From Bacillota bacterium (lineage in GTDB: Bacteria; Bacillota; Dehalobacteriia; UBA4068; UBA4997), in the NCBI GenBank assembly GCA_017397935.1, contig JAFQHN010000001.1, forward strand, positions 19,134-83,133: a stretch of 64,000 nucleotides of DNA. The letters are read 5' to 3'. The notes under the pieces are model-generated. The model saw only the letters and a list, made by a program, of their open reading frames with translations. It did not search any database and was not told where the DNA came from. Position numbers and translations under genes: made by a program. Below, piece after piece: positions 56,761-64,000 of this stretch; position 1 is the stretch's first letter, and every line of letters begins with the position of its first letter.

Positions 56761-58152
56761 ATGTTGGGGCAAACAATCGCAGCAGTCGCCACTCCGCCCG
56801 GCAGCGGCGGCGTCGGCATCATTCGCATCAGCGGCCCGGATGCTTACACGGTGCTGCAAAAAGTGTTCCGGCCGCGCAGGATGCCGCAGGACGGCCGTTT
56901 TGCGCCGCGGTATATGTATCTGGGCACGGTGCAGGATGCCGCCGGCAATCTGCTGGATGAGGTGCTGGCCGTTTATATGCCTGCCCCCCACTCCTACACC
57001 GGCGAGGATGTGGCCGAGATCCAATGCCACGGCGGTTATCTGGTCTGCCGTGAGATTTTGGCCGAGGTGCTGGCCGCAGGTGCCGCCCCGGCCGGCCCCG
57101 GTGAATTCACCGCCCGCGCCTTCATCAACGGCAAAATGTCGCTGGACCAGGCCGAGGCCGTTATCGACATCATCGAAGCCAAAAGCGTGGACGCGCTGAA
57201 AATTTCCGAGCGCCAGCTTTCCGGCAGTTTGCAGCAGCAGATTGCCGGGCTGGCCGATAATCTGCTGGATATGCTGGCCGAGTTGGAGCTGATGATTGAT
57301 TACCCCGAAGAAACCGAGGCCGAAGATGTGGCTCAGGCAGACAGGTTCGGTGGCAGATTACACAGCGTGCAGGCCAGTCTGAACACCCTGCTGCAACAGG
57401 CCAGGGAGGGGCGGTATTATCGTGACGGCGTGCTGACGGCCATTGTCGGGCCGGCCAACGCAGGTAAATCCACCCTGTTAAACGCCCTGCTGGAAACCGA
57501 CCGCTCCATCGTCACCCCCATAGCCGGCACCACCCGTGATACCGTGGAGGAATACTATGTGCTGCGCGGCCTGCCCTTAAAGCTGGTGGACACCGCCGGC
57601 ATCCGTCCTACCGATGATCTGGTTGAGCAGGCCGGCATTGAGCGCAGCCGCAAAATTCTGGCCGATGCCGATCTTATCCTGCTGATGCTGGACGCCACCT
57701 CCCCCCTCGACGATTTTTGGCGCCGTCTGATTTCCGACAACCTGGGTCGCCCCCTGCTCCTGCTGTTGAACAAGAGTGATCTGGCCGCTGATAAAATGGC
57801 TGATCTGGCCGCTGAGCTGGGCGTTTTGGCCCCCGGCGTGCCGCAGCTCATCCTCTCTGCCAAGCTGGGAGACGGCTTGGAGGGCTTAAAGGATGAGGTC
57901 TCTGCCCTGCTGTTATCCCAAAGCACCGGTGAACCTCTCTCCGGCCTCATCAATGAGCGCCAACGCGCTGCCCTGTTGACCGCCAATCAGGCTCTGCAAG
58001 ATGCCGCCGCCCGCAACGATTTGTTCTTCGATGCGGATCTGCTCAGCGTGGATTTGCAAACCGCCTGGCAGGCACTGGCCGAAATCAGCGGTCAGGCAGC
58101 CGCCGATGACATCATCGAGCGTGTTTTCTCCCGTTTTTGTCTGGGCAAATAA
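56761..58152 (+). CDS. mnmE: tRNA modification GTPase MnmE
   Basis: 463 aa. IAAVATPPG...G(I/V)IRISG N-terminus, G-domain GPANAGKSTLLNAL and DTAG, and a C-terminal CLGK. Confidence 0.95.
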   Translation: MLGQTIAAVATPPGSGGVGIIRISGPDAYTVLQKVFRPRRMPQDGRFAPRYMYLGTVQDAAGNLLDEVLAVYMPAPHSYTGEDVAEIQCHGGYLVCREILAEVLAAGAAPAGPGEFTARAFINGKMSLDQAEAVIDIIEAKSVDALKISERQLSGSLQQQIAGLADNLLDMLAELELMIDYPEETEAEDVAQADRFGGRLHSVQASLNTLLQQAREGRYYRDGVLTAIVGPANAGKSTLLNALLETDRSIVTPIAGTTRDTVEEYYVLRGLPLKLVDTAGIRPTDDLVEQAGIERSRKILADADLILLMLDATSPLDDFWRRLISDNLGRPLLLLLNKSDLAADKMADLAAELGVLAPGVPQLILSAKLGDGLEGLKDEVSALLLSQSTGEPLSGLINERQRAALLTANQALQDAAARNDLFFDADLLSVDLQTAWQALAEISGQAAADDIIERVFSRFCLGK

Positions 58153-58328
58153 GCTCACACCCAACATAATATGTAAGATTTTGATAGAATGCAGGGTTTC
58201 GGCCCTGCATTTTTCCTGTTTGGCGGATATTTGCCGATTATTTGACACCGCCGCAGTTGCAACGGCCGTTTATCGGTGTTATAATAATATATTATAGTAA
58301 TTTTGGGCAGCAAATATTGCATTCAAAA

Positions 58329-58344
58329 TGTTTCACGTGGAACA
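58329..58344. promoter_or_regulatory. parS: parS site (consensus)
   Basis: TGTTTCACGTGGAACA is the reverse complement of TGTTCCACGTGAAACA, a full match to the Firmicutes parS consensus TGTTNCACGTGAAACA. Confidence 0.85.
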
Positions 58345-58410
58345 TTTTGGGGTGATTTGTCGGTTCCTACGCTTTATGTGAGATATTCTGCATAGTCGTA
58401 ATGTATAAAA

Positions 58411-58426
58411 AGTTTCACGTGGGACA
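58411..58426. promoter_or_regulatory. Degenerate parS-like site
   Basis: AGTTTCACGTGGGACA (2 mismatches). It shares the flank CATTTTGGGGT.ATTTGT with the site at 58329, so it is a local ~32-bp duplication. Confidence 0.5.
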
Positions 58427-58438
58427 TTTTGGGGTAAT

Positions 58439-60382
58439 TTGTTGCTTGATATGGAGGAAAATGCTTTGACAGGTTTGTCTGCAAAAAATAATCTGGATTT
58501 ATTTGTGGCCGGTGATTATGATGTGGTGGTTATCGGTGCGGGCCATGCCGGCTGCGAGGCTGCTTTGGCAGCGGCGCGGCTGGGTGTTTCCACGCTGTTG
58601 GTCACGCTTTCGATGGACAGCGTGGCGATGGCTCCCTGCAACCCCTCGATTGGTGGGCCGGCCAAGGGTGTTATCGTCCGCGAGATTGATGCGCTGGGCG
58701 GCGCCATGGCCAAAATTGCCGACAAGACGCAGATTCAGATTCGGCTGCTGAACACCAGCAAGGGCGCAGCGGTGCAGGCCTTGCGTGCCCAAATTGATAA
58801 AAAGGGTTATCAGCAGGCCATGCTGGCATATTTGCAGGCCCAGCCAAATCTGGACATCAAGCAGGGCGAGGCCACCGACATCCTCACCGAGGACGGTGCG
58901 GTAAGCGGTGTGCGGCTGCGCACCGGCGCCATTTATACCTGCCGCCGTTTGGTCATTACCAGCGGCACATATCTTAAAGGCAGCGTGATCATGGGCAGCT
59001 GCGCTTATCCCTCCGGCCCGGCCGGCTATCCCCCGGCCTCTTATTTATCGGAGAGTTTGGCGGAATTGGGCATTGAGCTGGGGCGTTTCAAAACCGGCAC
59101 CCCGGCCCGTGTGGATAAAAACTCGCTGGATTTCAGCAAGATGAGCGAGCAAAAGGGCGATGACACCGGCCTCCACTTCTCGTTTGAGGAGCCGCCGGAG
59201 GAGCGCCCCAACATCAGCTGCTGGCTGACCTACACCAATGAGGACACGCACCGGCAGATTTTGGATAACATGGACCGCTGCCCGCTGTATTCGGGCCTGA
59301 TTAAGGGCGTGGGGCCGCGTTATTGCCCGTCGATTGAGGACAAGCTGCGGCGCTTCCCCAATAATCCGCACCATCAGTTGTTTTTGGAGCCGGAGGGCTT
59401 GGATACCAACGAGTATTATGTGCAGGGAATGTCCACCAGCCTGCCCGAGGATGTGCAATATGCCTTTATGCGCACTATCCCCGGTCTGGAAAATGTCAAA
59501 ATCATCCGCCCGGCCTACGCCATTGAGTATGATTTTGTCTACCCCACCCAGCTTAAACGCACTTTTGAGCTGAAAACCGTGCCCGGGCTCTACACCGCAG
59601 GGCAAATCAACGGCACCTCCGGCTATGAGGAGGCCGCCGGTCAGGGTTTGTATGCCGGGGCCAATGCGGCGCTCAGCTTGTTGGGGCGTGAGCCGCTGCT
59701 GTTGGAGCGCTCGGAGTCGTATCTGGGTGTGCTGATTGATGATTTGGTGACCAAGGGCGTGACCGAGCCGTACCGAATGTTTACATCCCTGGCGGAGTAC
59801 CGCTTGCTGCTGCGCAACGATAATGCCGACCAGCGGCTGCTGCCCAAGGCTCACCGTTTGGGGTTGGCCGATGATAAGGCCATGCAGCGGCTGCAAGATA
59901 AATTGGCAGCGGTGGAGGTGGAAAAGGCCTTCTTGCAGGGGGCGACCATTCATGCGGATACCGCCGGGTTGGCTGAACTGCTGGCTGAGCGTAAATCCAC
60001 CCCGTTTAATGGCGGCATAAGGGCGTGGGAGCTGCTGCGCCGCCCCGGCATTGAGTATGCGGACATTTGCGGCCTGCTTGATCGTGAACCGCAGCCGGCG
60101 GAGATTGCCGAACAGCTGGACATCGAGGCCAAATATTCCGGTTATATTGCAAAGCAGCAGGCGCAGGTGCAGAAAATGAAGCAGTTGGAGGGTAAACGCT
60201 TGCCCGAGGATGCCGATTATCTGCACATTGAAGGGTTGAGTTTGGAATCCCGCCAGAAATTGGCCGAAGTGCGCCCGGATAATCTGGGGCAGGCCAGCCG
60301 CATTACCGGTGTTTCGCCGGCGGATATTGCGGTATTGCTGATTTGGCTGCGGCAAAAGCAGGAACAGCCGCCGCAGGAGTAG
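58439..60382 (+). CDS. mnmG: tRNA uridine 5-carboxymethylaminomethyl modification enzyme MnmG (GidA)
   Basis: ~640 aa. [19 protein letters not shown] motif and a full-length GidA pattern. The start is TTG 58439 or ATG 58451. Confidence 0.95.
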   Translation: MLLDMEENALTGLSAKNNLDLFVAGDYDVVVIGAGHAGCEAALAAARLGVSTLLVTLSMDSVAMAPCNPSIGGPAKGVIVREIDALGGAMAKIADKTQIQIRLLNTSKGAAVQALRAQIDKKGYQQAMLAYLQAQPNLDIKQGEATDILTEDGAVSGVRLRTGAIYTCRRLVITSGTYLKGSVIMGSCAYPSGPAGYPPASYLSESLAELGIELGRFKTGTPARVDKNSLDFSKMSEQKGDDTGLHFSFEEPPEERPNISCWLTYTNEDTHRQILDNMDRCPLYSGLIKGVGPRYCPSIEDKLRRFPNNPHHQLFLEPEGLDTNEYYVQGMSTSLPEDVQYAFMRTIPGLENVKIIRPAYAIEYDFVYPTQLKRTFELKTVPGLYTAGQINGTSGYEEAAGQGLYAGANAALSLLGREPLLLERSESYLGVLIDDLVTKGVTEPYRMFTSLAEYRLLLRNDNADQRLLPKAHRLGLADDKAMQRLQDKLAAVEVEKAFLQGATIHADTAGLAELLAERKSTPFNGGIRAWELLRRPGIEYADICGLLDREPQPAEIAEQLDIEAKYSGYIAKQQAQVQKMKQLEGKRLPEDADYLHIEGLSLESRQKLAEVRPDNLGQASRITGVSPADIAVLLIWLRQKQEQPPQE

Positions 60383-60403
60383 AATATCTAAGCTGAACAA
60401 GAG

Positions 60404-60419
60404 TGTTTCACGTGAAACA
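60404..60419. promoter_or_regulatory. parS: parS site (perfect palindrome)
   Basis: TGTTTCACGTGAAACA between mnmG and rsmG. Confidence 0.88.
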
Positions 60420-60448
60420 TTTTGAGATAAGGTAAATGGAGAGAAAAT

Positions 60449-61288
60449 ATGTTTGATTTTTTTAAGAAGAATAAGGTAGAGGACACCAAAACCCCTGTTA
60501 AACTCACTTATGGTGAGGACCGCGGCGGCGAGCAGACCGAGGATCTGACGCTGGACGGCGTGCAGATCGACCGCAACCTGTTTGCCCACACGGTGGAGCG
60601 TTATGCCCCTCGCACCGGTGTGGATATCAGCGAGGAAATGCTGGAAATGCTGACCGATTATTACGAGATGGTGGTGCGCAGCAACGCCAACGTGAACCTG
60701 ACGGCCATTACCGAGGCCAAGGATTTTGCCATCAAGCACATTATTGACAGCCTGATGCTGCACCAGTTTTTGGAGCCGAACCATAAAAAGAAGCTGATGG
60801 ACGTGGGCACTGGTGCGGGCCTGCCGACTATTCCGCTGGCGATTACTCATCCGAATCATAAATTTGCGGTGATTGAATCGCAGAACAAGCGTTACGAGTT
60901 TGTGAAATTTGCCTGTACCAATTTGAATGTCTGCAACATTGGTATCAACCGCTACCGTGCCGAGGAGGCCGGCCACCGCGCATTGTACCGCGAGAAGTTT
61001 GAGTTTGCCACCGCGCGTGCTGTGGCGCCGCTGAATGTGCTGTGTGAATATTGCCTGCCGATGGTGATGATGGGCGGATATTTCCTGGCGATGAAGGGGG
61101 CGAACTTCCGGGAGGAAATTGACGCCGCCGATAATGCGATGTTCCAGCTGGGCGGCCGCTTGGAGGAAGTGCGCGAGTATGAGCTGCCCACCGGTGAACA
61201 GCGCGCGATTGTTGTTATCAAAAAGGTGGTGCCGTGCCGACGCAATTTGCCGCGCAGCGCCGCAGCCATTAAGAAAAATCCTTTTTAA
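60449..61288 (+). CDS. rsmG: 16S rRNA (guanine527-N7)-methyltransferase RsmG (GidB) with ~45-aa N-terminal extension
   Basis: 279 aa. NLTAITEAKDFAIKHIIDSL and DVGTGAGLP SAM motif. Conserved position between mnmG and soj. Confidence 0.9.
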   Translation: MFDFFKKNKVEDTKTPVKLTYGEDRGGEQTEDLTLDGVQIDRNLFAHTVERYAPRTGVDISEEMLEMLTDYYEMVVRSNANVNLTAITEAKDFAIKHIIDSLMLHQFLEPNHKKKLMDVGTGAGLPTIPLAITHPNHKFAVIESQNKRYEFVKFACTNLNVCNIGINRYRAEEAGHRALYREKFEFATARAVAPLNVLCEYCLPMVMMGGYFLAMKGANFREEIDAADNAMFQLGGRLEEVREYELPTGEQRAIVVIKKVVPCRRNLPRSAAAIKKNPF

Positions 61289-61340
61289 CAGGGAATTTTA
61301 GACAAAATCGACAGGTCTGTGGGATTGAAAAGAGAAGTTA

Positions 61341-61593
61341 GGGGCAAGGTATTGCGGCGCCCCGTTTTAACAGGCCTTTTGGTGCGGGATTGACCGGTTA
61401 TATGTGATTAGCGAGGATAAATTATGGGGCAAAACAATGCGGTTTCTGATTTGCAAAGAACTGTAATATGAAATCGGCAGGCTTGCGTAGTTTACGAGGG
61501 AAAAGATATGGGACAAATTATTGCAATATCCCGTTTTAGCAGGTCTTTTGGTGAGAGATTGACCGGTTGTATGCGATTAGCGAGGAAGTAGTT
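61341..61593. repeat. Three tandem ~84-bp copies of the soj 5' end (start codon, first codons and upstream leader)
   Basis: ATGGG(G/A)CAAA..A(T/A)TGC.. recurs at ~61424 and ~61508 before the real ATG 61594. CCGTTTTA(A/G)CAGG(C/T)CTTTTGGTG.G.GATTGACCGGTT.TATG.GATTAGCGAGGA occurs at ~61362 and ~61531. Confidence 0.8.
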
Positions 61594-62361
61594 ATGGGAC
61601 AAATAATTGCGGTGGCCAACCAGAAAGGCGGCGTGGCCAAGACTACGACTGTCATCAACCTGGCGGATGCGCTGGTGCGGGCCGGCAAGAAGGTATTGGT
61701 GGTTGATTTGGACCCGCAGGGCAACGCCACCAGCGGATTGGGCATTAACCGCCGGGAGTTGGAGAACACCATTTATCATTTGCTGATTGATGAGGAAAAA
61801 GCGGAAGATATAATCTTGCAGACGCAGTTTGGTGAGCTTTATGTGCTGCCGGGCGATATAAATCTGGCCGGCGCTGAGCTGGAACTGGTGCTGTTGGAGA
61901 ACCGCGAGTACCGCTTGCAGCAGGGGCTGCAATATGTGCGGCCGGTTTTTGATTACATATTGATCGACTGTCCGCCCTCGCTGGGGCTGCTGACGCTGAA
62001 TGCGCTGACCGCCGCCGACAGCATAATTATACCTGTGCAGGCCGAGTATTATGCCTTGGAGGGCTTGCAGCAACTGTTCTCTACCTTTATGAAGGTGCGG
62101 AATTCTCTGAACCCTGATTTGGCGATTTTGGGCGTGCTGCTGACGATGTATGACAGCCGGGTGAATTTGGCGGCGCAGGTGGTGGAGCAGGTGAAGGATC
62201 ACTTCGGCACGCTGGTGTTTGAGGTGGTTATCCCCCGTAATGTGAGGTTATCTGAGGCGCCGAGCCACGGTATGCCGATAAGCTATTATGATGCGAGGAG
62301 CAAGGGTGCGGCCACATATAAACTGCTGGGTGAGAGTGTTATGGAACGCTGTGGATTATGA
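61594..62361 (+). CDS. soj: Chromosome partitioning ATPase ParA/Soj
   Basis: ATG 61594. MGQIIAVANQKGGVAKTTT deviant Walker A and a full-length Soj pattern. Confidence 0.95.
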   Translation: MGQIIAVANQKGGVAKTTTVINLADALVRAGKKVLVVDLDPQGNATSGLGINRRELENTIYHLLIDEEKAEDIILQTQFGELYVLPGDINLAGAELELVLLENREYRLQQGLQYVRPVFDYILIDCPPSLGLLTLNALTAADSIIIPVQAEYYALEGLQQLFSTFMKVRNSLNPDLAILGVLLTMYDSRVNLAAQVVEQVKDHFGTLVFEVVIPRNVRLSEAPSHGMPISYYDARSKGAATYKLLGESVMERCGL

Positions 62362-62402
62362 GTTTGTGTATAAATATGCAGATTGCAAAAGGGGTGTAAT
62401 TT

Positions 62403-63323
62403 ATGGCTAAGAAGGGTTTGGGCAGCGGATTGGATGCGCTGTTTGGCGGTAACGCCCCCACGCCGCGGCAGGTGCAGGAGCACGCTGCCGGTGACAAGGT
62501 GCTGCATTTGTCGTTGGATGCGGTAAGTGCCAATCCGTCGCAGCCGCGCCGCAGTTTTGAGCAGGGCAAGCTGAACGAGTTGGCCGACAGTATTAAGGAG
62601 CAGGGCGTTTTGCAGCCGATTTTGGTGCGCCCGGTGGACGGTGCGGCCGGGAAATATGAGATCGTGGCCGGCGAGCGGCGGTATCGGGCGGCTAAGCAGG
62701 CCGGTTTGAAAACTATCCCCGCGATCGTTAAGGAATTGGACGACAAGGTGACGCTGGAAATTGCGCTTATTGAGAATATTCAGCGGCAGGAGCTGAACCC
62801 CTTGGAGGAGGCGGCATCTTACCGCGATTTGCTGGATAATTATGGCTATACTCAGGCATCGTTGGCCACGCGTCTGGGAAAATCACGGGTGTATGTGGCC
62901 AATACTCTGCGCTTGCTGGGCCTGCCGAAGGAAATTCAGGCGATGATCACCAAGGGCGGCTTGACTGCCGGGCATGGCAAGGCACTGTTGATGGTGGAGG
63001 ATGCCGCTGACCGCTTGCTGCTGGCCGAATATGCCAGGGAGCAGGGGTTATCGGTGCGGCAGACTGAGGAGCTGGCCAAGAACCCCAAGGCGCTGCACAA
63101 GCCGGCCGCCAAAGCCGAGCCGAAGGCCGAGCGCCAGCCTAAGCTGCCGAGTGCCGATGATTTGCTGTTGGCAGCGGTGGAGGAGAGGCTGCGTGACCGT
63201 CTGCACACCAAGGTGAATGTGCAGAATTTGGGTGATTTGCATGGCCGCATTACGCTGGAATATTACGGCGAGGAAGAATTGGAGCGGCTGCTGGAATTGC
63301 TGCTGCCCGATGTGCAGTTCTGA
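62403..63323 (+). CDS. spo0J: Chromosome partitioning protein ParB/Spo0J
   Basis: 306 aa. GLGSGLDALF, SIKEQGVLQPILVR, GERRYRAAKQAG (ParB box) and an HTH region. Confidence 0.95.
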   Translation: MAKKGLGSGLDALFGGNAPTPRQVQEHAAGDKVLHLSLDAVSANPSQPRRSFEQGKLNELADSIKEQGVLQPILVRPVDGAAGKYEIVAGERRYRAAKQAGLKTIPAIVKELDDKVTLEIALIENIQRQELNPLEEAASYRDLLDNYGYTQASLATRLGKSRVYVANTLRLLGLPKEIQAMITKGGLTAGHGKALLMVEDAADRLLLAEYAREQGLSVRQTEELAKNPKALHKPAAKAEPKAERQPKLPSADDLLLAAVEERLRDRLHTKVNVQNLGDLHGRITLEYYGEEELERLLELLLPDVQF

Positions 63324-63396
63324 TAAGAGAATTTGGGAGAAGATTTGAGTATAAATGTGAAGATTGTGTATAATTATGCAAGGAGAGGTGATGCCA

Positions 63397-64000
63397 ATGC
63401 CGAAATTTGCCGGATTGATTTTTGATTTGGACGGGACATTATCTGACAGTGTGCCGATGATTATGAAAAGTGCGGAATCGGTGCATGGGAAGCTGGAACT
63501 GCCATGGAATGCGGAGGAGTTTGCCGGATTTATCGGGCGGCCGCTGTATGAAACTGCCGCTTTTTATGCCGCGGGGCGTGAGCAGGAGTATTTGGAGCTT
63601 TTCCGTGAGTTTAATACGCTGTATATCCCGAAGATGATCAAGCCTTTTCCCGGTATCCCCACGCTGCTGGCGAAGTTGCAGGACAAGGGGGTGCCGCTGG
63701 CGATTGTGACTTCTCGGCTGCAATGGAGTACGGAGTGGTCATTGGAGCTGCTGGGCATCAAGGGGTATTTTACCGCGGTGCTGGGCGTGGAGGCAAGCGT
63801 TAAGCACAAGCCCAACCCTGAGCCGGCGCTGTTGGCGCTGGAAAAGCTGGGAGTGGCGGCCGAGAAGGCGGCGTTTATCGGTGACGCGGCGGTGGATATT
63901 GAGTGCGGACGCGCGGCAGGTATGCAGACCATTGGTGTTGGCTGGGGCGTGGCCGGCGGCGAGTTGAAGGCCTTGGCCCGACCGGATTATTTTGCCGGGG
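63397..64000 (+). CDS. HAD-superfamily hydrolase (PpaX/phosphoglycolate phosphatase-like), partial at right edge
   Basis: Not in the ORF track because there is no stop in the window. Hand translation from ATG 63397 behind AGGAGAGG: MPKFAGLIFDLDGTLSDSVP... (DxDGT motif I), ...LAIVTSR... (motif II), ...KPNPEP...FIGDAAVDIECGRAAG (motifs III/IV). Confidence 0.8.
   Translation, partial: MPKFAGLIFDLDGTLSDSVPMIMKSAESVHGKLELPWNAEEFAGFIGRPLYETAAFYAAGREQEYLELFREFNTLYIPKMIKPFPGIPTLLAKLQDKGVPLAIVTSRLQWSTEWSLELLGIKGYFTAVLGVEASVKHKPNPEPALLALEKLGVAAEKAAFIGDAAVDIECGRAAGMQTIGVGWGVAGGELKALARPDYFAG

Overview
The window is the replication-origin region of a roughly 55-57% GC Firmicutes (Clostridia-like) chromosome; the taxon is an inference from gene content and synteny.

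**Origin core, 48.6-63.3 kb**
- Minus strand: recF, yaaA, dnaN, dnaA.
- Plus strand: rpmH, rnpA, yidD, yidC, jag, mnmE, mnmG, rsmG, soj, spo0J.
- DnaA-box clusters lie on both sides of dnaA.
- An AT-rich unwinding element plus a DnaA-trio lies next to dnaN.
- Consensus parS sites bracket mnmG.

**Left of the origin: housekeeping genes**
- nadE (partial), pckA, ndk, purA.
- A tRNA-Glu/Lys/Lys cluster.
- A VanW protein, fba, a GT4 glycosyltransferase, dapL, an SDR, lgt and an M23 peptidase.
- A seven-gene Mrp antiporter operon.
- The rpmE-prfA-prmC-tsaC-ywlE-rpiB block, a purH-like gene, an amidase and phosphoketolase.
- ilvC, an M29 aminopeptidase and a uridine-kinase-like fusion.
- A SCIFF precursor plus its radical-SAM maturase, translationally fused to ilvBN.

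**Most unusual content**
1. Two adjacent, unrecognisable Cys/Asn-rich small ORFs and a P/Q/N-rich ORF sit between the SCIFF operon and recF.
2. A dispersed family of 79-86 bp tandem intergenic units shares a TTTTTATACCTAYCTAC head. It also builds the DnaA-box part of oriC and a second DnaA-box cluster 14 kb away.
3. A second modular intergenic repeat family has a CAAGAGTGGTRCAGAT / AGATGTGCCGCTATTG core.
4. Gene boundaries are repeatedly duplicated in tandem: the soj start codon, an RBS, a stop codon and a terminator.
5. A low-GC nucleotidyltransferase gene is flanked by direct repeats.

**Limits**
- No rRNA, CRISPR array, transposase or prophage was seen.
- Protein calls rest on recognising motifs and families by eye.
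- Hand-located motif coordinates may be off by 1-2 nt.
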